Below are positions 28,236-38,149 of a DNA stretch of 64,000 bases, in pieces; the first letter of the stretch is position 1; each line of letters opens with the position of its first letter. This stretch comes from Deltaproteobacteria bacterium. Its GTDB lineage: Bacteria; Bacillota; Desulfotomaculia; Desulfotomaculales; JAGUVT01. Where the stretch lies: positions 23,521 to 87,520 of the forward strand of contig JAGUVT010000014.1 in NCBI GenBank assembly GCA_020062745.1, in the 5' to 3' direction. Both the position numbers and the translations under genes were made by a program. Below the pieces are notes generated by a model. That model did no database searches. It was not told the origin of the DNA and saw only the letters and a program-made list of their open reading frames with translations.

Positions 28236-29555
28236 TCATTTACCGGAGCAAAGCAAGATTCCTTTGAGATGGGTTAACTGCCCGTTTGTAATCTTGATCA
28301 TTTGCATGCTTCCCATTATGTTTTTATCGCTAGGGAAAATTACCATTTTATTGCACCGGTTGCGTCCACATAAAAAGGCCGGGTCAGATTTGCTTTCTCC
28401 TTCAACCAGAACCTCATGCACCTGCCCTTCCACGGCCTTATTCTTTTCCAGGCTGATATCGTTTTGGATCGCAATCAAGGTTTCAATACGTTCCTTCTTT
28501 ACTGCTTCCGGCACCTGATCCGGCATGTCTGCGGCCGGGGTGCCTGTTCGCTTATTGTAGATAAAGGTATAGGCGCTATCAAAACGAACCTGTTGCACCA
28601 GGTCAAGGGTATCTTTAAAATCATCATCGGTCTCACCAGGAAAACCAACCATAATATCGGTGGTAATACACGCGCCGGGGATTGATTTCCTGATTTTTTC
28701 CGTCAAGCGCAGGTATTCTTCCCGGCTATAGCCCCGGTTCATCAAGTGTAAAACATGATTGCTGCCAGACTGGACAGGAAGATGAAAGTGTTCGCATACT
28801 TTTTGAGAAACGGCAATTACTTTGATAAGCCTGTTGCTGAAATCGCGAGGATGTGATGTAAGATAACGAATGCGCTCAATTCCTTCGATTTTGTTCAGTG
28901 CCGTCAATAAATCCGCAAAGTCAAAATCTAAACCTTTTCCGTAAGAATTAACATTTTGTCCAAGCAGGGTTACTTCTTTACAACCTTCCTGCCCGAGCCG
29001 TTTTACCTCGGCTATGATCTCTTCCGGCCGGCGGCTGCGTTCCCGCCCCCGCACGTACGGAACTATGCAGTAAGTACAGTAGTTGCTGCAGCCGTACATA
29101 ATGGTTACCCATACTTTAATTCCGTCTTTTCTTTTAATCGGCGACAACTCGTTAATTTCCTTTTCTTTCGCCCATACTTCTACAATGGGTTCCCCGGTAT
29201 CAAACAATTCCCTCAGCAAGACCGGCAGTCGTTGAAGGTTATGAGTACCGAGAATTATGTCCACATAAGGAAAGCGCCGCTTTATTTTTTCAGCCACGCC
29301 TTGTTGTTGAGTCATGCACCCGCAAACGCCAATAATCAATTGAGGATTTTCTGTTTTCAACCGGCGCAAACGGCCGAGTAGCCCGTACACCTTGTTTTCT
29401 GCCGTGTTACGGACACAGCAGGTGTTTATTATGATAATATCAGCATTATTTGGACTGACTGCCAACCAACAGCCCATTTCTTCTAAAAAACCGGCAATTA
29501 ATTCTGAATCATGCTCATTCATTTGACAACCAAATGTTTCCAACCAATATTGCAT
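28236..29555 (-). CDS. miaB: tRNA-2-methylthio-N6-dimethylallyladenosine synthase (radical SAM methylthiotransferase)
   Basis: I trimmed the start to ATG 29555 (MQYWLETFGCQMNEHDSE). The radical-SAM motif CSNYCTYCIVP and a TRAM domain are present. Confidence 0.93.
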   Translation of the reverse strand: MQYWLETFGCQMNEHDSELIAGFLEEMGCWLAVSPNNADIIIINTCCVRNTAENKVYGLLGRLRRLKTENPQLIIGVCGCMTQQQGVAEKIKRRFPYVDIILGTHNLQRLPVLLRELFDTGEPIVEVWAKEKEINELSPIKRKDGIKVWVTIMYGCSNYCTYCIVPYVRGRERSRRPEEIIAEVKRLGQEGCKEVTLLGQNVNSYGKGLDFDFADLLTALNKIEGIERIRYLTSHPRDFSNRLIKVIAVSQKVCEHFHLPVQSGSNHVLHLMNRGYSREEYLRLTEKIRKSIPGACITTDIMVGFPGETDDDFKDTLDLVQQVRFDSAYTFIYNKRTGTPAADMPDQVPEAVKKERIETLIAIQNDISLEKNKAVEGQVHEVLVEGESKSDPAFLCGRNRCNKMVIFPSDKNIMGSMQMIKITNGQLTHLKGILLCSGK

Positions 29556-29713
29556 TTTCTTCTCCCGAAAGATAATTTTACATTTCCTTAACATTAATTT
29601 AAAAAACTTTAAAGCTAATAAATATTTTAAATCGGTAAACAAATCGACAAAAATAGGATTATTAAATTATTTGTAGAATATACTTACAACCTGTCTAAAA
29701 TGAGGGAGCTTCT

Positions 29714-29911
29714 GTGCGCAGCAAGATAATGACGTGTTGCGAAATACTTAAGTCACTGGGTTATAAGCAACACCAAATTGATGAAATAATACGTTTCTGT
29801 GCCGGCACTACGAGGCTGGCTCATCTAAATGACAAAGATGCAGCTACCCCGTTAAAAAATCTCCAGAAGCACATCCAGTTGTCTAGAAAGTTTTTAGAAT
29901 TATGCAAATAA
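29714..29911 (+). CDS. Hypothetical small protein (65 aa)
   Basis: GTG start with SD GAGGGAG 5 nt upstream. I recognise no family. Confidence 0.4.
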   Translation: MRSKIMTCCEILKSLGYKQHQIDEIIRFCAGTTRLAHLNDKDAATPLKNLQKHIQLSRKFLELCK

Positions 29912-29917
29912 TAAATT

Positions 29918-30781
29918 TTATTTTTGGTTGCTTGCAACCAGGGCAAGTACCTGTCTGGCCCGGTTAACAACCGGGTACTCGATCATTTTGCCATCAATCT
30001 GAATAACGGCTATTCCAGAAGCTTCTGCTTCCTCAAAGGCACTGATAATTTTTCCGGCCCACTCGATTTCATCTGCGGAAGGCATGAAAACTTCATTAAC
30101 CGGGTTTACCTGGCCCGGGTGAATGACCAGCTTTCCCTGGAATCCGATCTGTCGGGCCAGCCGGGCATCAGCTACCAGTCCTTCAATATCCTTGAAATCG
30201 GGGTACACCGTATCAACAGGGCTTTCAATACCGGCGGCACGTGAAGAAATAACAAGTTGGGAACGGGCAAAAAATAAAGCTTCTTTAGAATAACTGGCGC
30301 AAATATCTAAAAGATAATCTATCCCGCCAAAAAAAAGCCTGTGTACCCGCGGACAAGCTGAGGCAATGACATAAGAGTCTAAAACAGCTCTGGCACTTTC
30401 AATGAAAGGGATCAGTTCCAATTGATCTTTCGGCAGTTCCCGTTCCTGTTCCAATTTTGTGATCAGCCAGTCTACCCAACGCACTTCTTCGGCTGACTCG
30501 GCCTTTGCCAGGACGATCCCGTCTATCTTGCTGCTGCCTACCACTGCCAGCAAGTCACCCAGAATAAAGTTGCTCCGGGCGCTGTTTACTCTGATAAAAA
30601 CCCTGCCCTTGTGCGGTAAGTTCAAAGCCTCCTGAATAGTTATTCTGGCCTTTCTTTTTTCACTGGTAGCAACGGCATCTTCCAGGTCCAGCACTACCCC
30701 GTCAGCTTCGAGCATCAGGGCTTTGCCGGCTTTGCGCAGATCATTGGCCGGAGCAAACAAAATGGTGCGGTATATTGACAT
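29918..30781 (-). CDS. HpcH/HpaI aldolase / citrate lyase beta (CitE)-like acyl-CoA lyase
   Basis: 287 aa with LFAPANDLRKAGKA...DGVVLDLEDAV...PFIESARAV...GKLVIHPGQV, the typical CitE / malyl-CoA-lyase-like pattern. Confidence 0.85.
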   Translation of the reverse strand: MSIYRTILFAPANDLRKAGKALMLEADGVVLDLEDAVATSEKRKARITIQEALNLPHKGRVFIRVNSARSNFILGDLLAVVGSSKIDGIVLAKAESAEEVRWVDWLITKLEQERELPKDQLELIPFIESARAVLDSYVIASACPRVHRLFFGGIDYLLDICASYSKEALFFARSQLVISSRAAGIESPVDTVYPDFKDIEGLVADARLARQIGFQGKLVIHPGQVNPVNEVFMPSADEIEWAGKIISAFEEAEASGIAVIQIDGKMIEYPVVNRARQVLALVASNQK

Positions 30782-30817
30782 TAAAAACTCTTTCCTTTCT
30801 ATTTCTATGAAAATGCT

Positions 30818-30846
30818 TTGACATTTCTTTTGTTTACCATTAATCT
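30818..30846 (+). promoter_or_regulatory. Candidate sigma-A promoter for the small ORF at 30878
   Basis: TTGACA (30818-30823), a 17-nt spacer, then TAATCT (30841-30846). The track's TTG start codon at 30818 is actually this -35 hexamer. Confidence 0.45.
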
Positions 30847-30877
30847 ACTAGTAGTAATAATGAATGAGGGTTGGATT

Positions 30878-31087
30878 ATGAACGAGTATAGGTTAACTAT
30901 TGTCAAAGAAACCCAACATCACGTTTTTTTTAATTTTTTCGTGAACGGCTGTTTAAGTAACCTCGATGGTTTCATATGCATGGGCAAGGAAAATTTTGAC
31001 CGTCTTTATAAAGATCTTTTTAAAGCTTCAAAAGGCAACTGCATCAAGGCTTTTTGCTGTAATCCGCCAACAGAATTTTATCGTTAG
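30878..31087 (+). CDS. Hypothetical Cys-rich small protein (69 aa)
   Basis: ATG 30878 has GAGGG 7 nt upstream and the promoter above. The sequence MNEYRLTIVKETQHHVFF...CIKAFCCNPPTEFYR has five Cys. I recognise no family. Confidence 0.45.
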   Translation: MNEYRLTIVKETQHHVFFNFFVNGCLSNLDGFICMGKENFDRLYKDLFKASKGNCIKAFCCNPPTEFYR

Positions 31088-31095
31088 GTTGCCAA

Positions 31096-31629
31096 CTACC
31101 AGGGATGTCCCCACTTTTCCCGAAAACATATTTCTTCTAACGACTTCCTGGGACGAGGTTTCGGGTCCTGATCAGGATACCCCAACGGGGTAAGCCCGAC
31201 TACCTTCCAGTTATCCGGAATGTCCATGGCGGTTTTTATTGTTTTCTCATCAAACTCGCCCATCCAGCAGGTTCCCAGCCCTTCCGCCCAGGCTGCCAGG
31301 ATCAGATGTTCCATGGCAATTCCTGCATCAACAAGGTAATAAGCCTTTTCATCTATAACCCCGGACGCTTGGGGATCAGCACAAAGGATAATCAGCACCG
31401 GCGCCGGCATGATGGCTTTTTTGCCTGGGTTACTGTCATTAAAAGCACCTAGAATTCCAGCCTTTCCTTCTTCACTACGGATTACGATAAATCGCCAGCA
31501 CTGCAAGTTTTTCCACGATGGAGCCTGGCGGGCAGCGTCCAGTACCCGGAGCAGTTGTTCTTCGCCGACCGGATCCAGCTTATAACGACGGATACTCCTC
31601 CGTTCCGCAATTGCTTTATACAGTTCCAA
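31096..31629 (-). CDS. Nitroreductase-family FMN oxidoreductase
   Basis: 177 aa with N-terminal RRSIRRY and C-terminal GLGTCWMG...PLGYP motifs. Confidence 0.88.
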   Translation of the reverse strand: MELYKAIAERRSIRRYKLDPVGEEQLLRVLDAARQAPSWKNLQCWRFIVIRSEEGKAGILGAFNDSNPGKKAIMPAPVLIILCADPQASGVIDEKAYYLVDAGIAMEHLILAAWAEGLGTCWMGEFDEKTIKTAMDIPDNWKVVGLTPLGYPDQDPKPRPRKSLEEICFREKWGHPW

Positions 31630-31659
31630 AACAACACACCCCCGAAAAAGTTCTTAAAA

Positions 31660-31893
31660 TTATTTTCCAGGCAAAAATTCAAAAACCTCTCTTAATTCCC
31701 GCCGGGGAGAAAGCGCTTTTGAACGCCGGCCTGGATATCCTACCGGGACCAACGCTACCGGTCTCCTGCCAGCGGGGATCCCCAAGGATGCTGTCACCTT
31801 AGCTTCATCAAACGCTCCTACCCAACAGGCGCCAAGTCCACAGGCTTCAGCCGCCAGGAGTAAATTTTGAGTAGCTGCCGCAGTGTCTTGCAA
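31660..31893 (-). pseudogene. Nitroreductase C-terminal fragment (N-terminal FMN-binding half missing)
   Basis: The 77-aa ORF aligns only with the last ~80 residues of the neighbouring paralogue (QNLLLAAEACGLGACWVGAF...VPVGYP). Only 58 nt separate it from the upstream crt stop, and an in-frame TGA lies 12 codons upstream of the annotated TTG start. Confidence 0.6.
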
Positions 31894-31951
31894 GCAATAA
31901 AGATACCGCCAACGGATGATCCTGCTTCATAAGTCGACCATCCTTTTTTTA

Positions 31952-32734
31952 TCAGTTGCCTTTGAATGCCGGCTTTCTTTTGTTTAAAAAAGCTTCGATT
32001 CCTTCTGCGTGGTCAGCAGTGGTAAAAGTAAGGGCAAACAGGTCGGCCTCATGAATAAAAGCTTTTTCCATGTCCATTTCCAGCCCTTCGTTAACGGCTT
32101 CTTTGGACAGGCGAACGGCTACCGGCCCTTTAGCGGCAATGCGGCCGGCCATCTTTTTGCAAAAGTCGATTAGCTCTCCTGACGGAACAACATGGTTCAC
32201 CAGTCCAATCCTCAAGGCAGCCTGCGCATCATATTGATCTGCCGTGAAAAGTATTTCTTTGGCTATCCCGGGATTGACCAGCCTGGTCAAACGCTGGGTA
32301 CCGCCAAAACCGGCCATCAGTCCGAGATTTACTTCCGGCTGGCCGAATTTTGCATTTTCCGACGCCACCCGGATATCGCAGGCCATAGCCAGCTCGCACC
32401 CGCCACCCAGGGCAAAACCGTTAACAGCGGCAATAACCGGCTTGGGCAGATTTTCAATACGACTGAACACCTGCTGCCCGTGGCGGGCAAAGTCCCTGGC
32501 CTGCAAAGGGTCGAGGGATTGCATAAACTTGATATCGGCGCCGGCTACAAAAGCTTTGTCACCAGCCCCAGTCAAGATAATCACCCGTATTGCCGGGTTG
32601 ACAGCCAGTTCGGTCATTGCTTCGTCCAGTTCGCCAAGTGTCTCCGTATCGAGGGCATTTAACAATTTCGGACGATTTATGATTACTAAAGCCAGATTAT
32701 CTTCTGTTTCTACCAGGATATTTTTCCACACCAT
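31952..32734 (-). CDS. crt: Enoyl-CoA hydratase (crotonase)
   Basis: I trimmed the start to ATG 32734 (GGGGGG 7 nt upstream). The crotonase fold is supported by FVAGADIK and GGGCELAMACD. Confidence 0.9.
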   Translation of the reverse strand: MVWKNILVETEDNLALVIINRPKLLNALDTETLGELDEAMTELAVNPAIRVIILTGAGDKAFVAGADIKFMQSLDPLQARDFARHGQQVFSRIENLPKPVIAAVNGFALGGGCELAMACDIRVASENAKFGQPEVNLGLMAGFGGTQRLTRLVNPGIAKEILFTADQYDAQAALRIGLVNHVVPSGELIDFCKKMAGRIAAKGPVAVRLSKEAVNEGLEMDMEKAFIHEADLFALTFTTADHAEGIEAFLNKRKPAFKGN

Positions 32735-32757
32735 TATTAATCCCCCCTTCGCCTGTT

Positions 32758-33606
32758 TCAATACTTGTAGAAACCCCGGCCGGTCTTGCGTCCGAGCCAG
32801 CCCGCAGCCACGTATTTGCGTAAAAGCGGACAGGGCCGGTACTTGGAATCACCCAGGCTTTGATGCAATACTTCCATGATGTAAAGGCAGGTATCCAGTC
32901 CGATGAGGTCGGCCAGGGCCAGGGGTCCCATCGGGTGGTTCATACCCAGCTTCATTACCTGGTCGACTGCTTCCGGAGTGGCGATTCCCTCGTAAACGCA
33001 ATATATCGCCTCGTTGAGCATCGGCACCAGGATCCGGTTGGAGACAAAGCCGGGGGAATCATTTACTTCAACCGGAACCTTGCCCATTCGTTCGCTGGCA
33101 GTTTTCACCAATTCGTAAGTTTCATCAGCAGTGGCCAGACCCCTGATCACTTCAACCAGTTTCATTACCGGCACCGGGTTCATAAAATGCATGCCGATGA
33201 CTTTATCCGGCCGTTTGGTCGCCGCGGCGATTTCAGTAATGGGTAAAGACGACGTATTTGTGGCCAGAATGGCTTCCGGTTTGCAAATATTATCCAGCTC
33301 ACGGAAGATCTTGCTTTTTATCTCCATATTTTCTACCGCCGCCTCAATAACCATATCGGCGCCCGCAGCATCAGAAAAAGCGGTGGAAGGAGTAATTTGC
33401 CTCATTACCGCTTCTTTCCGGGCTTCATCAATACGCTCTTTGGCCACATCACGGCTTAGATTTTTCTCAATAACATTTATTCCCTTGTTTACTAAAGCAT
33501 CGTTTAAGTCGTTAAGTAATACTGCATAACCGGCCTGGGCAGCCACCTGGGCGATACCGCCGCCCATCTGGCCCGCGCCGATAACCATAATTTTTTTAAT
33601 TTCCAT
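32758..33606 (-). CDS. hbd: 3-hydroxybutyryl-CoA dehydrogenase
   Basis: I trimmed the start to ATG 33606 (AAAGGAGG upstream). Motifs [12 protein letters not shown], the catalytic region [13 protein letters not shown] and the C-terminal GRKTGRGFY are present. Confidence 0.93.
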   Translation of the reverse strand: MEIKKIMVIGAGQMGGGIAQVAAQAGYAVLLNDLNDALVNKGINVIEKNLSRDVAKERIDEARKEAVMRQITPSTAFSDAAGADMVIEAAVENMEIKSKIFRELDNICKPEAILATNTSSLPITEIAAATKRPDKVIGMHFMNPVPVMKLVEVIRGLATADETYELVKTASERMGKVPVEVNDSPGFVSNRILVPMLNEAIYCVYEGIATPEAVDQVMKLGMNHPMGPLALADLIGLDTCLYIMEVLHQSLGDSKYRPCPLLRKYVAAGWLGRKTGRGFYKY

Positions 33607-33634
33607 TAATAAGCCTCCTTTGCTCAATAACAAG

Positions 33635-34819
33635 TTACATAATATTTTCTACAATCATTGCCGCTCCCTGGCCGCCGCCGATGCACAGGGTGGCCAGACC
33701 GTAACGGCCGCCGCGCCGTTTCAGTTCATAAAGCAGGGTTACCAGGATGCGCGCGCCGCTGGCGCCAATAGGATGACCCAGGGCCACCGCCCCGCCGTTA
33801 ACATTAACTTTCTCCGCCGGCAGCGCCAGTTCCCGGCACACCGCTACGGCCTGGGCGGCAAAAGCTTCATTAGCCTCGATTAAATCAAGATCGGCGATAC
33901 TCAGACCGGCCTTGGCCAGCGCCTTGCGGCTGGCCGAAACCGGCCCCATACCCATATAAGCAGGATCGACTCCGGCAACGGCGAAAGCTTTTATGGCAAA
34001 AAGCGGTTTTAGGCCCAGTTCAGAGGCTTTTGCCGCGGACATTACCACTACTGCGGCCGCCCCGTCGTTAATACCGGAGGCATTGCCGGCCGTAACCGTT
34101 CCCTCTTTTTTAAAGGCCGGCTTCAGTTTCGCCAGTTCTTCCATGGTTGTACCGCGCCGGGGAAATTCATCTACGGCGAATTGCACCGGTTCCCCCTTTT
34201 TTTGTGGTATGGCGACCGGCACGATTTCCTCCTTGAATTTCCCGGTATCTATGGCGGCAATAGCCTTTTGCTGGCTTTCCGCGGAAAACCGGTCCTGATC
34301 TTCCCGGCTTACTCCGTACCTGGCTGCGACGTTTTCAGCCGTAACGCCCATATGGACATCACCAAAAGCACACCACAACCCGTCTCTGATCATGGAATCA
34401 ACCAGTTTACCGTCACCCATGCGGTAACCCCACCTGGCTTTTTCAATAAGATAAGGGGCCGCGCTCATGTTTTCCATGCCGCCGGCTACAATAACATCGG
34501 CCTCGCCGGCAGCGATCAACTGGGCTGCCAGACCGACAGTCTTTAAGCCGGAGCCGCACACTTTATTTATCGTAGCAGCAGGAACTTCGTAAGGGATACC
34601 GGCTTTTACCGCTGCCTGCCGGGCCGGGTTCTGACCAAGACCGGCCTGTAAGACATTGCCCATCAGCACTTCGTCCACCTGCCGGCCTTCCAGTCCGGAC
34701 CGGCGCAGCGCTTCGGCAATTACCAGGGCGCCTTGCTCGGTTGCCGAAACCTCGACCAACGTGCCGCCGTACTTGCCGACGGCCGTGCGCACCGCGCCGA
34801 CAATAACCGCTTTATGCAT
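33635..34819 (-). CDS. thl: Acetyl-CoA acetyltransferase (thiolase II)
   Basis: 394 aa with the active-site Cys in [10 protein letters not shown] and C-terminal [16 protein letters not shown] and CIGGGQG. Confidence 0.95.
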   Translation of the reverse strand: MHKAVIVGAVRTAVGKYGGTLVEVSATEQGALVIAEALRRSGLEGRQVDEVLMGNVLQAGLGQNPARQAAVKAGIPYEVPAATINKVCGSGLKTVGLAAQLIAAGEADVIVAGGMENMSAAPYLIEKARWGYRMGDGKLVDSMIRDGLWCAFGDVHMGVTAENVAARYGVSREDQDRFSAESQQKAIAAIDTGKFKEEIVPVAIPQKKGEPVQFAVDEFPRRGTTMEELAKLKPAFKKEGTVTAGNASGINDGAAAVVVMSAAKASELGLKPLFAIKAFAVAGVDPAYMGMGPVSASRKALAKAGLSIADLDLIEANEAFAAQAVAVCRELALPAEKVNVNGGAVALGHPIGASGARILVTLLYELKRRGGRYGLATLCIGGGQGAAMIVENIM

Positions 34820-34860
34820 TATTTGCTTACTCCTCCCCCATTCGATTTGTGGTAAAAACG

Positions 34861-36831
34861 TTATGCCATTGTTCCGGCGATCATTTCGGCCAGATCCAGA
34901 ACCTTGACTTTTTCTTCCGCTTCCTTGTCTTTAAGGCCGTCTTCAAGCATGGTCAGGCAATACGGACAGTTGCAGCAAATGACTTGTGCATTTGTGGTCA
35001 GGGCCTGTTCGGTGCGCATGACATTGATCCGCTTGCCGTGACTTTCCTCAAGCCACATCCGGCCGCCGCCCGCCCCGCAGCAGAAACCGTTTGTCCGGGA
35101 ACGCGCCATCTCGGTGACGGTTACACCGGGAATGGCCTGTAAAATATGGCGCGGCTCATTATATACGCCGTTGTATCTGCCAAGGTAACAGGAATCATGA
35201 TAAGTGGCCTGCACCTTCTCACTGCCCGGTTTGAATTTCAACTTGCCCCGGGCAATAAGTTGGGCCAGAAACTGACTGTGGTGAATAACTTCATAATGAC
35301 CGCCGAACTGGCCGTACTCGTTTTTCAAGGTATTGAAGCAATGCGGGCAGTGGGTAATGATTTTTTTAACTCCATAGCCGTTTAAGGTTTCAATGTTCTC
35401 CTTGACCATGGTATCGTACAAGTACTCATTTCCCAAACGGCGGGCGGATTCGCCGCAGCATTTTTCTTCAGTGCCCAGAATGGCGAAGCTCGTCCCCGCA
35501 GCTTTCAGGACTTTTGCCAGGTCCCGGACCACCTTCTTGTTCCTATCGTCAAAAGACCCGGCGCAACCTACCCAAAACAGGTAGTCTACTGCGCCGGGGT
35601 CGTCACCCAAAATCCTGATCTCCAGGTCGGACGCCCAATCCGCCCTGGTATTCCAGCTAACCCCCCAGGGATTGAAGTTTCTTTCCATGTTGGTAAAAGC
35701 AAGCTGGGCTTCCCCCGGAAAGTCGGACTCATCCATCACCAGGTTGCGTCGCATGCCGATGATTTTCGGGATATGTTCATTAAAAGTAGGGCACTGTTCC
35801 ATACAGGCAAAACAGGTGGTGCAGGCCCAGATTGCTTCCGGGTCGAATACGTCTCCCACCATTTTTTTGTCGTCTTCCGCGTCTTTTTTCGCAGTCAGAT
35901 GCTCTCTCAGTTGCAGAATGATTCTTTTCGGTGAAAGCGGTTTTCCGCTGAGATGAGCCGGGCAACTGGCCTGGCAGCGGCCGCATTCGGCGCAGGCGAA
36001 AGTATCAAGTAAATCTTTCCAGGTGAATTCTTCGATTTTACCGATGCCGAAAGTTTCTATTTCCTCATCTTCAAAATTAATCGGCCTGGTCATACCGCCC
36101 CTTGGCTGCAAATTGCGCAAATAAGCGTTTATCGGGGCGGCTACCGGGTGCACCAGGTGCGAATAACGGAAAAAGATCATCAGTCCGATACCCAGGGCCG
36201 CGCTCACCCACCAGAAAGTAACATACAGGGCTGTCAAAGTACCGCTGACGGATCCGGCCATCCATCCGGCCACGGCGTTGGTAATAAAGGCCAGGCTGTA
36301 TTTACTTTCCGGCTGAAGCAAGGATAAAGCGGCGCCGGCGAAAAAGTAAGCGATCACCATCAGACTCATACCGGCGATTAATCCGACGATTATTGCCTCT
36401 TCGCGGCCGCTGCCGACATCGAGGCGTTCTACCCGCGCTATATAGCGCCGGTAGGCGGATACCAGGATGCCGACCAGCGCAAAAAACCCGAACACGTCGG
36501 CAAGCAGGTAGAAGAAAGGGCTTTTACCGAGCAGCGGCAGGTTAAAACCGGGTATTAGCCGGTTTAAAAAGAGCTGAAGCATACCCAGGGCAAAAACAGT
36601 CAGACCCCAGAAAATCATCAGGTGCATCAGGCCGGGGCCGAATTCCCTTACTATTCTGCGCTGCCCCAAAACATCGGTTACCAGCCCGGCAATTCGCCGG
36701 CCGGGATTGTCAAAGCGGTTTTCCGGTTTGCCTCTTTTAATAAGCTTGTATCTTTCTACCAAACCCTGGCTGAAAGAGTAAATTCCAAAAATTAAAAGTA
36801 CTACAAAAATTATAACCTCCGGGAAGCTCAA
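34861..36831 (-). CDS. Membrane-bound Fe-S oxidoreductase (N-terminal multi-TM domain plus HdrD-like 2x[4Fe-4S] and two CCG domains), EtfAB:quinone-oxidoreductase-like
   Basis: I trimmed the start to TTG 36831 (AAGGAGAG 6 nt upstream). About six hydrophobic helices are followed by [24 protein letters not shown] and the CCG motifs WVGCAG...KCCGES...HCPHC and YHDSCY...FCCGAGGG...NCPYC. The architecture matches the DUF224-type protein linked to butyryl-CoA oxidation in Syntrophomonas. Confidence 0.85.
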   Translation of the reverse strand: MSFPEVIIFVVLLIFGIYSFSQGLVERYKLIKRGKPENRFDNPGRRIAGLVTDVLGQRRIVREFGPGLMHLMIFWGLTVFALGMLQLFLNRLIPGFNLPLLGKSPFFYLLADVFGFFALVGILVSAYRRYIARVERLDVGSGREEAIIVGLIAGMSLMVIAYFFAGAALSLLQPESKYSLAFITNAVAGWMAGSVSGTLTALYVTFWWVSAALGIGLMIFFRYSHLVHPVAAPINAYLRNLQPRGGMTRPINFEDEEIETFGIGKIEEFTWKDLLDTFACAECGRCQASCPAHLSGKPLSPKRIILQLREHLTAKKDAEDDKKMVGDVFDPEAIWACTTCFACMEQCPTFNEHIPKIIGMRRNLVMDESDFPGEAQLAFTNMERNFNPWGVSWNTRADWASDLEIRILGDDPGAVDYLFWVGCAGSFDDRNKKVVRDLAKVLKAAGTSFAILGTEEKCCGESARRLGNEYLYDTMVKENIETLNGYGVKKIITHCPHCFNTLKNEYGQFGGHYEVIHHSQFLAQLIARGKLKFKPGSEKVQATYHDSCYLGRYNGVYNEPRHILQAIPGVTVTEMARSRTNGFCCGAGGGRMWLEESHGKRINVMRTEQALTTNAQVICCNCPYCLTMLEDGLKDKEAEEKVKVLDLAEMIAGTMA

Positions 36832-36975
36832 GACAATCTCTCCTTTTTTTAATATTGCAACAAAAATTGCCACGTGTTTCCCCGGTTTAACATCTAACCC
36901 CAAACTCATAAAGCCTGTAGAAGAAAGTATTCTCTCCTTGCAATAATCTTTTTTCAACAGGCTCCTCTTTTTGTT

Positions 36976-38115
36976 CTATTTCAAAAGGTAGTTGGCAATA
37001 ACAATACGCTGTACTTCACTGGTCCCCTCGTAGATTTCAGTTATCTTGGCGTCGCGCATCATCCTTTCTACCGGATATTCCCTGCTATAGCCATAACCGC
37101 CATGAATCTGCACGGCTTTGGTGGTAACCCACATGGCTGTCTCAGCAGCAAACAGCTTGGCCATGGCAGACTGCTTGCCGTAAGGTTGGCCGCTATCCTT
37201 CAAGCAAGCAGACTGGTAGACCAGCAGGCGGGCAGCTTCAATTCTGGTCGCCATGTCGGCCAGCATCCACTGAATTCCCTGGTTGGCGCTGATCGGCTTC
37301 CCGAACTGTTCCCGCTGTTTGCTGTAGGACAAGGCCTGATCCAAAGCTCCCTGGGCGAGGCCTACAGCCTGGGCCCCGATGCCAATCCGGCCGCCGTCAA
37401 GGGTGGCAAGGGCGATTTTGAAACCCTGGCCGTCTTCCCCGAGCATGTTTTCTTTCGGAACCCGGCAGTTTTCAAAAATCAATTCGTAGGTATAAGAAGC
37501 CCTGATTCCCATTTTATGCTCTTTTTTACCAAAGGTAAAACCGGGCGCGCTTTTTTCCACAATAAAAGCCGCCGTGCCGCGGTGTCCTTTGCTGCGATCG
37601 GTGCTGGCGATAATAATGTAAGTTTCTGCCTTGCCGGCGTTGGTAATAAAAAGCTTGGTTCCATTTAGAATATAGTCGTCACCATCGGCCCTGGCGGACA
37701 GCTTAACCGATCCGGCATCCGAGCCGGCGGACGGCTCGGTAAGACCCAGGGCGCCGATTTTTTTCCCTTCGGTCAGGGGAACCAGATAATTTTTTTTCTG
37801 TTCTTCAGTGCCGAAATGATAAATGGGCCAGGAACACAACGAAGTGTGTGCTGAAAGTAAGACGCTGGTGGAAGTACAAACACGTGACAATTCCTCAACA
37901 GCAATAGCGTAACAGAGGTTATCCATACCCGCGCCGCCGTACTCTTCCGGAAATGGAATGCCGGTCAGTCCGATTTCTGCCATTTGATCCCATAACGACC
38001 AGTCATAATCTTCCTTCTCGTCCATTTCGGCGGCTTTGGGGGCTACTACGGTTTCGGCAAAATCCCGCACCGTCTTGCGAATCATTTCCTGTTCTTCGGT
38101 TAACTGAAAGATCAT
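36976..38115 (-). CDS. Acyl-CoA dehydrogenase (short/butyryl-CoA type)
   Basis: 379-aa full ACAD fold ([10 protein letters not shown], catalytic-base region YEGTSEVQR). Confidence 0.93.
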   Translation of the reverse strand: MIFQLTEEQEMIRKTVRDFAETVVAPKAAEMDEKEDYDWSLWDQMAEIGLTGIPFPEEYGGAGMDNLCYAIAVEELSRVCTSTSVLLSAHTSLCSWPIYHFGTEEQKKNYLVPLTEGKKIGALGLTEPSAGSDAGSVKLSARADGDDYILNGTKLFITNAGKAETYIIIASTDRSKGHRGTAAFIVEKSAPGFTFGKKEHKMGIRASYTYELIFENCRVPKENMLGEDGQGFKIALATLDGGRIGIGAQAVGLAQGALDQALSYSKQREQFGKPISANQGIQWMLADMATRIEAARLLVYQSACLKDSGQPYGKQSAMAKLFAAETAMWVTTKAVQIHGGYGYSREYPVERMMRDAKITEIYEGTSEVQRIVIANYLLK

Positions 38116-38149
38116 CTGCCTCTCCCCTTAATTAATAATATTTTTTTGT

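Noticed and set aside
31894-31951. The TGA upstream of the nitroreductase fragment as a second selenocysteine codon.
   Set aside because: The sequence upstream of this TGA shows no nitroreductase similarity in frame. There is no room for the missing ~90 N-terminal residues before the crt stop, and no SECIS-like hairpin follows.
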